Of a stretch of DNA of 64,000 nucleotides, positions 16,582-27,532 are shown piece after piece (position 1 is the stretch's first letter; each line of letters starts with the position of its first letter). The DNA comes from Caecitellus pseudoparvulus (taxonomy: Eukaryota; Protista; Bigyra: Bicosoecida), in NCBI GenBank assembly GCA_965644315.1, contig CBFFRQ010000044.1:186001-250000 (forward strand), in the 5' to 3' direction. A program made the translations under genes and the position numbers. The notes below the pieces were generated by a model. The model did not search any database. It worked only from the letters and a program-made list of their open reading frames with translations, and was not told where the DNA came from.

Positions 16582-18735
16582 TCAGTCGCGAGTCACTGCA
16601 CCCGTGACACGGAAGGTGCGGCTCGCGGCTTCGGCCGGCCGGGCAGCCCCCTCAGCCTTGGCGCTCACCCCCCCTCCTCGATGCCCAAACACCACTGGCG
16701 ACGCAGCCCCAGCACTTGTCAGGGGGGTGTCACCCCCCCTCATCCTGGCTTGCAACGGGGACCTACGGCCTGCAGGGGAGGGGGCCCGCCCGGGTGGCTT
16801 TGCTTGCATGGTACGTTGTGTGGCATGGTGCGTTTCGTGCACCTCTGCCGGCGGCGGCGTCGGCCCCCCGTCGCTGCCACCCTCTGACCCCAGGCGCACG
16901 GCTCGGTGGCGGGGTGCGGGGGGGCCCTGCTCTCCTGTCGCTGCCAGCACTGCTTGGACCTCTGCAGCGGTGAAGGCGGCCACGGTAGCTTCTTCCTGGT
17001 GCGTTTCACGCACGCTGCCCGCCTGCAGCGGCAGCGTCGCCTGTCCGTCGTGCAGCGGCATGTGCGGAACAAAGCCCACCTGCCCAGAGAAGTGGCGTGC
17101 CGGGCGCAGACCAGGCGAGGCAGTGGAGCCGTGTCCTGCTGTGGGTGCAGCGGAGCCGGAAGCGCCCAGGCGCAGTGCGCCGCCGTCTGAGACGGGGATG
17201 CCCATGGCGGGCGTTTCTGTGCGGCTGGTGTTGCTGTAGCTCCGCAGGCCGGCGGCAGAGGTGGAGCTGAGCCAGGAGATGTTGGAAATGTTGGGCGGAC
17301 TGGAGGGGATCCTGTCCTCCTCCTCCTTCTCCTGCTTGCCCGCAGCGGCGCTGGTGGCGTCTGCTTGGCTCATGACCCACTGCCCGTGCCCCGGCACTTG
17401 TTCCGCCGACACGCCACCCTCGCCTGGCCACAGGTCAGCTGACAGGGTGCGACCATGCTTCTGCGACGTGCGGGGGGGTGGACTCCCACCCTCGTCTTCA
17501 ATCGTGGACCCTCCCAGCCACGGCTGCGCCTGGTCGCCTGCGGTGGCAGTGGCGGGTCGCGTATCCACTGCCAAGGGTCGCTGTTGTGCGACCGGTGCAG
17601 GCAGCGACGTGGCGGGGGCTGACACGGGGGGAGTCACTTCACAGTCGGGTGCGCGGCTGAAACCTTCGCCTAAAGGGGCGTGGGCCGCTGGTTGGTCGTG
17701 AGGGGGGGTCGCAGTGGGCGGAGGTTGCAGTTGGGGCAGGGTCACTTGGCTGGGCGGCGGCGGTGCGAGAAACGCCACTTCCAGGTCCGCTGAGCCAAAC
17801 AGGCTGACGGCAGGCACAGGAACCGCAGTGTCAGCACTTGACTGTGTCGCTGGGCCTGCTCTGGGGCCGGCTCGTCCCTTGTGGCTGTGTGACGTGGGGC
17901 GCTCCGTGGGGGGTTTTTCGCTGGGCAGCACACCTGCGACAGCTCTTGCAGTGGCACGGGCGGCGGCACCACGGGCAGTGCGTGGGGCACACTTGGACCG
18001 GCTGGAGAAGAGGCTGGCAGCTGCGCGTGCTGTGGCTGCTGCGGCGGGGGACGCGGCCACTGACTCCACCTCCAGCAGGTGACTCGTGCCGTCCGGTTCC
18101 TGGATGGAGATGGGGACGCCAGCCTGCAACGCCGTGTAACGCGCCAGAGCCTCCTCCAAGAAGGCCTGGGGGCCCAAATGTGCGAGCAGTGACGGAAACC
18201 GTGCGCTGGTAGGTCTGAACGTGATGAGCTTGCCAGTGGGGACGGTGCCACGCGGCACGGAGGTGAGCGTCGCCAGCCCTCCCTCTTGCAACCCAGCAAC
18301 TTGCATCAGGTGCAGCGGCATGCTGAGTGTGCCCTCTGACGCAGAAAAGTCGGCTGCGCCAATCAGCACAGGAGTTCCTCGCTCCTCCTGGTCTTGGCGG
18401 GGTGAATCCTTCGCTGCTGCAGCGGGGAGGCGCCTGGCGGAGCTTGCGGCGTTTCCCGCGCGTTTCGCCGAACCTGGTCGAGCAGCCCTGACCACAAACA
18501 GGAAGGGCAGCGGGCACTTGCTGCGGGCGAGGAAGCGAAAGGCTGACTTAGGCAGCACTGCCTTGTCGCTGCACTGCAGTTCCCCGAAGCCTGTGCGGGG
18601 GGTGTGGGCGAGCAACGCGACGTGCCGTGCACCCGCTCGCAAGCAAGCAGCCTCCGAAGCGTCAGGCGACACACCTGCCGCGATGTTGGAGCGCACAGAA
18701 AACTGGCCGTGAAAGGCCGGCGGGGTCCCAGCCAT
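16582..18735 (-). CDS. UFD1 (ubiquitin fusion degradation 1)-domain protein with long disordered C-terminus
   Basis: Lies within the 845-aa ORF, with a likely ATG at 18735. SDKAVLPKSAF..PFLF..GAADFSASEGTLSMPLHLMQVAGLQEGG..VPTGKLITFRP..FLEEALARYTALQAG..LLEVESV..AVSLFGSADLEVAFLAP match the UFD1 N-domain pattern. Confidence 0.78.
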   Translation of the reverse strand: MAGTPPAFHGQFSVRSNIAAGVSPDASEAACLRAGARHVALLAHTPRTGFGELQCSDKAVLPKSAFRFLARSKCPLPFLFVVRAARPGSAKRAGNAASSARRLPAAAAKDSPRQDQEERGTPVLIGAADFSASEGTLSMPLHLMQVAGLQEGGLATLTSVPRGTVPTGKLITFRPTSARFPSLLAHLGPQAFLEEALARYTALQAGVPISIQEPDGTSHLLEVESVAASPAAAATARAAASLFSSRSKCAPRTARGAAARATARAVAGVLPSEKPPTERPTSHSHKGRAGPRAGPATQSSADTAVPVPAVSLFGSADLEVAFLAPPPPSQVTLPQLQPPPTATPPHDQPAAHAPLGEGFSRAPDCEVTPPVSAPATSLPAPVAQQRPLAVDTRPATATAGDQAQPWLGGSTIEDEGGSPPPRTSQKHGRTLSADLWPGEGGVSAEQVPGHGQWVMSQADATSAAAGKQEKEEEDRIPSSPPNISNISWLSSTSAAGLRSYSNTSRTETPAMGIPVSDGGALRLGASGSAAPTAGHGSTASPGLRPARHFSGQVGFVPHMPLHDGQATLPLQAGSVRETHQEEATVAAFTAAEVQAVLAATGEQGPPAPRHRAVRLGSEGGSDGGPTPPPAEVHETHHATQRTMQAKPPGRAPSPAGRRSPLQARMRGGDTPLTSAGAASPVVFGHRGGGVSAKAEGAARPAEAASRTFRVTGAVTRD

Positions 18736-19375
18736 GCTGTTGCCGACAGGGTCCAACGTCCACTCTTGAAGGGCGGCTGGAGGCGTCTGGGCGAGTTCGG
18801 GAGTGGAGGACTGAGCGTCGCGAAGCTGGGTGCAGGAATCTCCGCACGGCCGTTGCTGCTGCTCGCGCGTTGACTGGCGAGACGGCAGCCTTCCGGGCTC
18901 TGCGAAGGGTTGATTATGCTGTGATGCAGTGCAGGACTGCTGCTTTGTCAAGCTGCATCGATTCTTTTGTGTGGCAGCGCCGTTTGAAGGCGTTGCGCCA
19001 CTGTGCGCGAGAGAGCTGCTTCGCACACCACCAGCTGACGCAACGAAGCAACGAGAGCAGAGGCGCTGAGCTCGAAGCGCTGTCCGTGGCGCCAGTCCAT
19101 GCAGGCTGCACAGAAGCATTCATTGTCCAGCATCACACCAGGCCAACCTTCCCGCGTGCTGCAGCTGGCGTTTGGCCTGCTCAAGCTTGGTTCAGACGCG
19201 TGTCAGTCCGTTCCGCCCCCTGCGGAACAAGCAGTGACGGCATTGCGAGGAAAGCAACACTGCCCAGTCAAACCTGCTGGACTCCACAAGGCCTTGTGGG
19301 ACTGGTGGGGCGGGCACCTTGCCAGCAGCTCTGGCGGGTTCGCAGGTTCGCAGGGTCACGAGAGACGGGGGACGG

Positions 19376-21470
19376 TCACGCTGCAGGTGTGCCGTTCAGC
19401 GACCAGTCGTAGTCGTTGTACTTGATGGTCCACCCCCCTGTTCCAGCCTTGGAGCTGCTGAACCAGCCGCCGGTGGACTCGGGCAGGGCCAGTGCGGTGG
19501 CCGCCGCGCCAGCCGCGTTTGAACGGATGAACTCCCACACACCGGTGTCTGAGCCGCCGAAGTCCTTGCGGAACCAGTAGAAAATACGGGAAACGTGCAA
19601 TTCTTTCTTGGTTGCATCAGGCCTGACGTTGGAGGCGTCCGACACGAACGCTCGCGCCGCCTCGCTCAGCTCTTGCTGCACTGAGGCGCCGGTGTACACT
19701 CGGACTGGAGGACAGGCCTTGGCGCCACACACCATGGCAAAGTGCACACGGGGGTCGAGTGACTCAAACGCCACTGTGCGGCGGCCGTCTCCCTTGTCGA
19801 ACTGGGCGGTGAGTTTGTACGGGTGAGGCCGGTTGCACCGCAGCACGCCGTGCTCGATGTCGTCCAGCGACAGCGTGAAACCGCCGATGCGGTAGGAGGA
19901 CGTGGAGAAAAAATGCATGCGTTCCGTGTTCGTGGTTGCTTGCCCCTTCTCCACGATTGCGTGGATGGTCTGCGGGGAGGGTCGCGGGAAACGCAGCACG
20001 TGCTCGCCACTCACTGAGCAGGCACAGTGCATGCGCCGCAACGCACCAAGCCATTGTACACATTCAAAAACAACGCCAAGCGGTCATTCGCCGACAAATG
20101 CAACGGGTTGCACCGTGTGAGAAGCGCTGCCGCGCGACAGTACAGCTCCCAGGCAGGGTGGCCCTTGGCACGCCCATAGGCGAACCCGCCTTGCTCGGGA
20201 GATAGCAAGGCTGCCATGACCGCCTTACTGGCTGCGCAGTAGACATCTGCAATGCGTTTCGCATACGTTTCGGTTTCTTCCGCGTCGGCGCCCTGGCTGG
20301 GCGTGCTTGAGGCAGGCAGTGGCGGTGTGGAGGGTGCGGGCAGCACTGCCGCAGCAGCCCAATTCAAGCCCCACGAGTCACTCAGCGCAGCTGAAACGTC
20401 AGCACCATCTGTTCCGGATAAAACACCCGGCAAAGCGGTCATCAACAACCACGGTGCGTTGCTGCTCGTTCGCAGAGTGCCCACTCCAGCGAGGGGAGCA
20501 GCCACGCCGCTCCATGCAGCTTCCCGCAGCAGCTCCTTCCCGTCAGCTGACGAAACGCACAAGCCGGCCTCCAGCGCCGCCCGCAGTTCCTTGCTGGTGT
20601 GAGAGGCGGAGACAAGGCTCGCATTTGTGGCGGCTGCAGGTGCAGAGCCCATGCCCTGAGCAAAGGGGGGCGGGAGGAGGTGTGGAGGGGGGGATTGGGG
20701 CTCGCAGTGCTGGGACACGGGGCGAAACGCACGAAGAGACCCCCGGAGGCAGCCGAAGCGCCGGTCCCACCTGCGGCCTCCAACGCCGCGGCCAAAGCGG
20801 CAGTCTTGCGGGGCAGAGGGGCGGCGGCCAGTGCCGTCAGGGTCGTGTCCAGGCCACTCGCGACAGTTTGGCTCCAGCCTGCTGCCAGTCCTTTGGCGAC
20901 GGCGCGCTGCACCCGGTTGACGAGGGACACCAGCCATTCAGGCAATGGAGAGGGAGAGGAAATTGCATCTTGCAGTCCTCCGCCCGCGTGCAGCTCCTGC
21001 ACGACAGGCGAGATGGGGGAAAGGTGTGGACCGGGCGAGGGGCGGGGTCAATTTCCGCACGTGCGCACCTTGAGCGAATCTGCACCTCCGAGGAAGGAGG
21101 CGCCCAGGAAGATCTGGGGCACCGTGGGGTGTTTTGTGTGTTCGAACAGCTGCGCCCTGTCTTCGGGGAAGGCTCCAATCGGAACCTGCGAGCACAGCGG
21201 TGGCGTGGCGTCAAATGCCGCAGCGATTCCGTGGACTGGCCCACTCACGTCCAGGTGCGGGATGTCTTCAGACCGCAGCAGCGCCAGGGCTGCCTTGCAG
21301 TGCTTGCAGGACGAAGAGGAGAACACGATGACTGGCGGGGCGCTGTCGGCGGAGATCAGCTGCGTCGGGGCGGCGTCGGCGCCAGTCGCAGTTGCCGAGG
21401 GAACCGCCGATTCGCTGACACTGCCGACACCCCCGCTGGCAGCAGTGGGGGCAGGTGCGGCTGCAGCCAT
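19376..21470 (-). CDS. Glutaredoxin-domain plus DUF547-domain protein (~600 aa, 5 exons)
   Basis: Exons 21470-21249, 21185-21069, 20996-20733, 20655-20047 and 19969-19376. Grx motifs VIVFSSSSCKHCKAA and TVPQIFLGASFLGGAD. DUF547 motifs RLALFLNVYNGLTIHA, LSLDDIEHGVLRCN, DPRVHFAMVCGAKACPPV, SRIFYWFRKDFG and YNDYDWSLN. Confidence 0.88.
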
Positions 21471-21751
21471 GACGGGGAGTGGTGCTCGTGAGCGTGTGCC
21501 GGGCGGAGCTTGCAAGCATCAAGTTTGCGAGTGTGGGTGGAGTGTTGCGTTGTGGCATGCCGCGGAATTTGTGCCGCCTCTCTCAGCGCACGCAGTGAAT
21601 GCACTCCCCCCCCCCCTTCCGCTCGGTAGCAGAGCCCCACAGCGCCCGGCACACTTGGCACAATGAGAGTAATTCGTCGCTTCGTGTGGAGCACGGCGTT
21701 TCCTGAACACTGCGTGCATTCGGATTACCCTGCCTGTCGGGCGTGGTGCGT

Positions 21752-22887
21752 TCACAGGCCTGCTGGCGGCTTGGGCCGTTTCGCGCCCCCCCCCAGCCCA
21801 TCCGCCAGCCCGAACATGCCGGAGGTGGCTGAACGCCCCGAAACGGACGGCATGCCAGCGTGTCTGATGCGTTTCGTGCCCTTGCTCTTGCCGCTTCCCC
21901 CCGCAATCTTGCTTTGGAAGTCCTTCCACGAATTCTTGCGCCCAGCTGCAGCTGCCACCTGCACGTTGCGCTTGTGCGTGAACTTCATGCGCTTCACGGC
22001 CCGCCGCTTGCGTTTCTTGTCTGCTTCGCTGTCTGTGGGCTGCAGGCGCAAGTGGTCTGGGATTGTGAAGTCCCCAGCCGCTGCCGCCGCTGCAGCAGCG
22101 GCGCCTTCCGATTCTGCCGCTGAACCCCCCCTGCCACCCCCCCTGCCGCTGGCATGGCGGAGGTACTCCAACGGCACCGTTTCTGTGTTGCCGTACTTCG
22201 TGTAGGTGACTCGCACGACGCGCCAGGGGGGGGGAGTGACTCCCCCTGCCGCCTCCGCCGCCCCATTTGCAGCTTCCACGAGCGGCAACGTGCCATCATC
22301 AGACACCACCCCCTCCACACGAGCAGCGTACCACTGCCCATCCCCAGCGTATTTGGCAGCCACTTTTAGCCCAGGAGTCACCTCGTCCGCCGTCAACGCA
22401 CCACCAGTCGGCGGAGCCAACGGCCGCACAGATGCCGCCGGCAGTGGCTCCTCGGACCCGAAACCGACGTACTTAACGGAAATGGGGTCAGTTCCCGACG
22501 CACGCACCGCAGTGACGACGGCTGGGTACCAGATGGAGCCCCCTGCCGCAGCTGACCGCCCCTCCACGCGCTGCCCCACCTCAAACGCCAGTCCCTGCCC
22601 TGAACCAGCCACGGCGCCGGCGGCAGACTGTGGCGCTTGCACCATGCGTTGCGTCAACGCTATGACATCTTTCAAGTCTGCACGCAGAGTGATGTACTCT
22701 GCGTTCGATGGGTCTTCAGCGCAGAGCCTCTCCACCTGGGGGGGAGGGGGGGTGTGGCGATTGCGCTGCGGAAATTGGACCCTGCACACCCGCAGAAGCG
22801 CACCTTCTCAAGCTTAGCCTGGTAATCTGCCAGCTTTCCTTGGAGCTCTGCGCTTGAAGCCGTGCTCGTGTCTCCCTGCACAGCCAT
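21752..22887 (-). CDS. SPF30/SMNDC1-like Tudor-domain splicing factor (two Tudor/Agenet-like domains)
   Basis: Exon 22887-22804, intron 22803-22736, exon 22735-21752. N-terminal LADYQAKLEKVERLCAEDPSNAEYITLRADLKDVIALT resembles SPF30. Tudor motifs WYPAVV..VKYVGFGSEE and YAGDGQWYAARV..VTYTKYGNTETV. C-terminal IPDHLRLQPTDSEADKKRKRR..KNSWKDFQSK. Confidence 0.8.
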
Positions 22888-23101
22888 GCCTGCCAGTGCA
22901 GCTTCACCTCCACCCCACTGCAGGTGCCGTTTCTTTCCCGGCTGGCTCCAGGCGCACTTGTTGCAGGGCGAGTTGTGAGGAGGGGGGGGTGGGTATGCAG
23001 TGCACTGTGTGGGGGCTGTAGCTGTTGGTGGGAGCCGTGGACCTATGGCTTTTGCGCGCCCATCCGCAGTGGTGAGGGGAACTGGATTGGTTGGCGGCCG
23101 C

Positions 23102-26100
23102 CTATCGACCGCTACGAGCGCCCGCCGCGCTGTGCAGGGGGTTGGTCACTTTGCCGGTGCCAGCTGGTCGCACGCGAGGCGGGGACTTGCTGGGCTTGGG
23201 AACTCGGGGGACGGGCGGTTTATCAGGGGGGGGTGGCAGGCCCTTGAACCCCCCCTTGCGCTGGGCAGAGCCCCCCCCCGCCGAGCCGCTGGTGGCAGTG
23301 GCGGCGGCGGCGAGGGGGTTTACTGAGGACACAGTGCCAGAGGTCGGCGGGTCGCTGCGACCAGGGGGGGCGTGCGACCCCGTCTGCTCGGCACCTGCGA
23401 CCCGCTCGGCGGACGGGGAGCGCACCGGGGCACTGGTCGTGCCGCGACGCGGTCGCGCGCCTTGCGACGGCCTGCGACCAGCCCCGCCTGTGGGGGTCGT
23501 CGGGCGCGACGGGGCGGGGGGCGGCGTGCGACCCCTCCCTGCCGAGCGACGCTGCACAGCCGCGCGCAGTGGGTTGATCCCAGCCTCGTCCGAGGGGGTC
23601 GCATCCCCCCCCTCACCCCCCTGCACTCCAGCGGGCATGCTACGCACCCCCAGTGTCGTCAGGGCTTTGTCTGGTCGGTTTGGGTGCAGGTTGGGTGACT
23701 CGGTGATGGACGACAACGCAGCAGTGCCCCCCCACCCCTGCTTGCTCTTCTGAGCACCCCCACCTCCTCGTGGCGACCCCCGCATGCTGCCCCTGCGACC
23801 CGCACGATTCGACGTCGGCGCTTGCGACGCGGCGAAGCCCAGCAGGGCAGACTTGCGACGCGACCTCGCTTGTGCGACCTGCAGTTGCTGCTCCGTTTCC
23901 ACATCGCTGGCGACGGTGGCCCGGGCAGGGGGCAAGCCTTCACGGTCCTCGTTGCCGGAACACCCCGAGGAGCCCTCCCCCGAGTGTTCCGACTTCTCCT
24001 CCACGTGCGGTTTCAGGGTGGGGCGCCGCACGCCGTGCTGGGGGCTGGCGAGCTGCCTGCCGCTCGGCGTGCGCGACATGCGGCGCAGGGCCAGGTGGTC
24101 GCGTCGCGCCGCCAGCTTGGAGTCACCGCCCTCCACCCCCCCCTGCCCAGCCGAGGAGGGGGGTAAAAGGGGGGTCCCATCCGGCCCCAGCGGCCGCCCA
24201 GCAGAGTCTAGCGCCACCACCTTACCGGTGGGCAGGCGGATGCTGTGGGGGCGACGACGGGCGGGCATGGGCCCCAACTCCAGGCCCTTGTCATCTGGGC
24301 CCAGTTGAATGGCCGCCAAATTGGCCCACGGGCGGAACAGCTCCTCATCTTCCAGGGCCGCGTCTAAAAACGCCCGCTGCATACTGGCGTTCACGTCCAG
24401 GGTGGATGCGCCCCACACCCCCTGCCCCTCCGGCATCTCCGACCAAACCGACATGTCCGAGTCGCTGCGACCAGCCACCGGCGACAGCGCGCTGAAGCGC
24501 GTCTGGCGGGGACTGGGCAGGTCGGGCAGTGGGTCGTTGGCTGCTGAGCCGGGGGGGGGTGCTGGCGCTCGCTTGGGGGGGGGCGGTGCGCGCAGACGGG
24601 TGGGGGCGCGAGGTGCCGTTCGCGGCGGGCCAGGGGCAGCTCGACGTGACGGGGTCGGCTCTGCGACCTGCCCCGGCTTCAGTGGCATGAGGTTGCGACC
24701 ACGCGACCCGCCGCCACGCGCCTCGCCCCGCGATTTATCATCGACAGAGGCGGAGATGGCGTCCACGCCCCCCGCGCCGCCCGGCGTGCGACGGCGACGT
24801 CGGCGCTTGCGACCTGCCAGGTTGTTCTGCGCCGAGCTCAGCGTGTCGGCCAGCTGTGCCTCCAGCGCCGCCTGGAACGCAGGCCGGTTCTTCAAGTACG
24901 TGGACACATGCTCGATGGCGTCGCACAGGGGCATGTACACGTCGTCGCTGTCTCGCCGGCACTCGCAGCACACCACCGCACACCACGCCGACCAATCATC
25001 CCACGCGTTCGGGCGCAAGCTCAGCACGGCGCGCGCCTGCCGCACCAACTCCGCCTCCACGGCGCCCTCCCCCCGCCCAAACATCTTTTTGGACTTCACC
25101 ATGGCGATGGCGAGGCCCATCACGAACGGCCACTGCGCCATGCCCGACCGGCTCTGGTGCGGGGGGCCACTCGGATGCACACGGCAAGAGGGGACGCAGG
25201 AATGCGCCAGCAGCGCACGCAGAAAGTGCGAGGCGGGGGGTGGCGCACTGCCGTCCACGTCGTTTGCCGCCGCCACGCGCAGTTCGGGCAAGCACTTGTT
25301 CAAACCCTCCCGTGCCGAGGCGCCCAATTTCCGCGCGCACGCGCAACTGCCACGCGCCAGGGCATAGCCAAACGCCGCCCACAGCAGCACGTGCAGCGGC
25401 AGCATGAAGGCAGTGGCTGCGAAGTGCCCCTGGCTCACAGCCGCCACTGCCGTGTGCAAGGCTAGCACGGCGCTCACCTGCACATCCAAGCGGTTCAACT
25501 CCGGTAATGTGTACGGCTGCACAGCCAGGGTGAAGCAGATGAGGACGATGTGGGAGAGGAGGATGAAAGCAGCCCGGCGGATGAGTTCAGTTTCCAGGAA
25601 CACCACGGCCATCAGCAGAACATGCGCGCCCAGGCGCAGAACACCAAAGCTGTGGCTGGGAATCCACCGCGAGAAACCGAAACACCGCCGCTCCATTTCC
25701 AGAGCCATGCGCACAGGCAGTGCGACAGCGGCCAGTTCCACGAGTTCAAGAACACGGCGTTCGTGTTCCGACGCCATGAGCTTGCCGAGAATGTGGTCTG
25801 CGAACACGTACACCTGTTTGGGCTTCATCTGCACACGGTAGCCCGCCGTGAACTGTGCAAAGGTCACGCTCGCGTGGTGGTCGTCTCTCAGCACGTTGGC
25901 AGACTGCAGGCGCACGACGAACAGCAGCAGCAGGGGGAACAGGAAACCGTGCAGGATAAAGGAGGCAAATGCGAAGGAGTACATGCCGTCGCTGTCCCGG
26001 TTCAGGGCGAGAGAGGACCCCAACACCCACTCGCCGCCCAGCAGCGTCAGTGGCGGGCCGATGATCTGCAGGGATGAGGACACGGCCACGCCCCACACGA

Positions 26101-27532
26101 GCAGGTACAGCGCCCACACAGCTCGCACAATGCCCCACACGGCCAGGGTGGGCACCCGTCGCACGGAGTCGGTGATTTCCCCTGCCACGGCGCTGCAGTT
26201 CAGGTACGCGCGCACTTTGCGGGCTGGCAGGGAGAGTACGACGAGTGTTCCGGCAACCACCAGGAACAGAGAATTCACCAGGCTCAGAAACGTGGAGGCG
26301 CTGGCCATGTACGACGCGTGCCCGAAGGCACAGGAAGACTCCGTGAAGCCAGACATGGGCAGGGCCCCCATCAGCGCGCCAACAGCACCAAACAGCAACT
26401 TGAACCCGGCGCCCAGCGGGTCAGAGCCACCCCATGAGGCGTGGCGGAAGGCGCCGCCATCCCCGATCCACGTCGTGGAGTTCGCCGTCCAGGTGCTGGA
26501 GCTGGTGTTGGCCGCGACGAGGGGGGATGCGGCCCCCAGCGCCGCCTGTTCCGCCACACTGCGGCCACACGCCGTGGACCAGTCTTCCATCGTCACAGAG
26601 CGTCGCGCGAGGCCGAGAGTGTCCTCTGCCGCGGGCAGGAAGATGACGCTGATGTAGGTCATGGTGACGGCGTAGAAGCCCACCAGGCGCAGTGTTCCGA
26701 TGAACAGGTCCTGGGCCAGTGTGCCCCGCTCCAAGGTGGTCCAGTACGCCAGCACGCCGAAGGCGGCCACAGCGGCCAGAATGCCCAGGATCACCACGAT
26801 GAGCAACGTATCACTCGCCTCGTCACAGGGTTCACAGGGGGCACAGGGGGAGCCGCCCCGTGGTGCATAGCCCTGCTGGCAGGCAGCGCAGGCGGCGCCT
26901 GTGTGGCCAGGTGCGCAGCGCATGCCGGCGCCCTCAGGCCCACCCGCCTCACAGGCGCCGAAACGGGGACACACCATGACGTCCACCGCCGTGAGCATGC
27001 GGTAGGACTGTGGGCAGAACTCACACCACGCCCCTGGCGGTGCACGCAGAGCGGCGCGGGAGGTATCGCCGTCAAGGGGTGTGCACATTGCCCACCAATT
27101 GCCGCACGTGGTGGCTGACACCACGGCCAGCGCAGGCGTGGGGGTGGGCTCCGAGCTGGGGGAGGGGGACGGACTAGGGGAGGCACTTGGGGAGGCGGAG
27201 GGGCTGCCGCCAGACAGGCCCCGTAGGCGCAGTGCTTGCTCACTTCCATCGTGCGCTGGTGGTCGATGCGACCTGGGCGATGGACTGATGAGAGCAGGGG
27301 CAGGGTTGCGAACGTGCACCGGCCTACCCTCTTCGGGCGCAAGCAGGGAGGGGGCAGCTTGCATGCTCCGTTGCTGGGTGCTGGAGGGCGGAGTGCTGGC
27401 GGGGCTGTGACGCAGCAGAGCGGTGGCGCTGGTGGGTGTCTGAAACGAGCCCTGCCAACTCCCGCTGCGTGCGCTGCCGGCCAGCACCAACAGACACACC
27501 CACACCCAGAAGGAAAATGAAGTACTCTTCAT
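23102..27532 (-). CDS. Receptor B: signal peptide, minimal ectodomain, Ser/Pro stalk, Cys-rich domain, ~9-TM module and very long Pro/Arg-rich cytoplasmic tail; paralog of receptors A and C
   Basis: Intronless 1476-aa ORF with signal MKSTSFSFWVWVCLLVLAGSARS and an SPSPSPSP stalk. Motifs CGNWWAMC..GAWCEFC..CPRFGAC..CAPGHTGAACAACQQGY, ERGTLAQDLFIGTLRL, FAFASFILHGFLFP, HHASVTFAQFTAGYRVQM and VQPYTLPELNRLD all align with A and C. Confidence 0.88.
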   Translation of the reverse strand: MKSTSFSFWVWVCLLVLAGSARSGSWQGSFQTPTSATALLRHSPASTPPSSTQQRSMQAAPSLLAPEEGRPVHVRNPAPALISPSPRSHRPPAHDGSEQALRLRGLSGGSPSASPSASPSPSPSPSSEPTPTPALAVVSATTCGNWWAMCTPLDGDTSRAALRAPPGAWCEFCPQSYRMLTAVDVMVCPRFGACEAGGPEGAGMRCAPGHTGAACAACQQGYAPRGGSPCAPCEPCDEASDTLLIVVILGILAAVAAFGVLAYWTTLERGTLAQDLFIGTLRLVGFYAVTMTYISVIFLPAAEDTLGLARRSVTMEDWSTACGRSVAEQAALGAASPLVAANTSSSTWTANSTTWIGDGGAFRHASWGGSDPLGAGFKLLFGAVGALMGALPMSGFTESSCAFGHASYMASASTFLSLVNSLFLVVAGTLVVLSLPARKVRAYLNCSAVAGEITDSVRRVPTLAVWGIVRAVWALYLLVWGVAVSSSLQIIGPPLTLLGGEWVLGSSLALNRDSDGMYSFAFASFILHGFLFPLLLLFVVRLQSANVLRDDHHASVTFAQFTAGYRVQMKPKQVYVFADHILGKLMASEHERRVLELVELAAVALPVRMALEMERRCFGFSRWIPSHSFGVLRLGAHVLLMAVVFLETELIRRAAFILLSHIVLICFTLAVQPYTLPELNRLDVQVSAVLALHTAVAAVSQGHFAATAFMLPLHVLLWAAFGYALARGSCACARKLGASAREGLNKCLPELRVAAANDVDGSAPPPASHFLRALLAHSCVPSCRVHPSGPPHQSRSGMAQWPFVMGLAIAMVKSKKMFGRGEGAVEAELVRQARAVLSLRPNAWDDWSAWCAVVCCECRRDSDDVYMPLCDAIEHVSTYLKNRPAFQAALEAQLADTLSSAQNNLAGRKRRRRRRTPGGAGGVDAISASVDDKSRGEARGGGSRGRNLMPLKPGQVAEPTPSRRAAPGPPRTAPRAPTRLRAPPPPKRAPAPPPGSAANDPLPDLPSPRQTRFSALSPVAGRSDSDMSVWSEMPEGQGVWGASTLDVNASMQRAFLDAALEDEELFRPWANLAAIQLGPDDKGLELGPMPARRRPHSIRLPTGKVVALDSAGRPLGPDGTPLLPPSSAGQGGVEGGDSKLAARRDHLALRRMSRTPSGRQLASPQHGVRRPTLKPHVEEKSEHSGEGSSGCSGNEDREGLPPARATVASDVETEQQLQVAQARSRRKSALLGFAASQAPTSNRAGRRGSMRGSPRGGGGAQKSKQGWGGTAALSSITESPNLHPNRPDKALTTLGVRSMPAGVQGGEGGDATPSDEAGINPLRAAVQRRSAGRGRTPPPAPSRPTTPTGGAGRRPSQGARPRRGTTSAPVRSPSAERVAGAEQTGSHAPPGRSDPPTSGTVSSVNPLAAAATATSGSAGGGSAQRKGGFKGLPPPPDKPPVPRVPKPSKSPPRVRPAGTGKVTNPLHSAAGARSGR

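Noticed and set aside
12502-18735. E2 plus UFD1-like genes as a ubiquitin/ERAD gene cluster
   Set aside because: They are separated by unrelated genes (BCKDHB, a hypothetical). Two ubiquitin-system genes in 64 kb is unremarkable.
18736-19119. N-terminal extensions in the ORF track (UFD1-like 19119, RAP 46045, LRR 61060, AT3 61479, orphan 10290)
   Set aside because: They rely on near-cognate starts and read as non-coding. Downstream ATGs give better N-termini, including signal or transit peptides for the LRR and RAP proteins.
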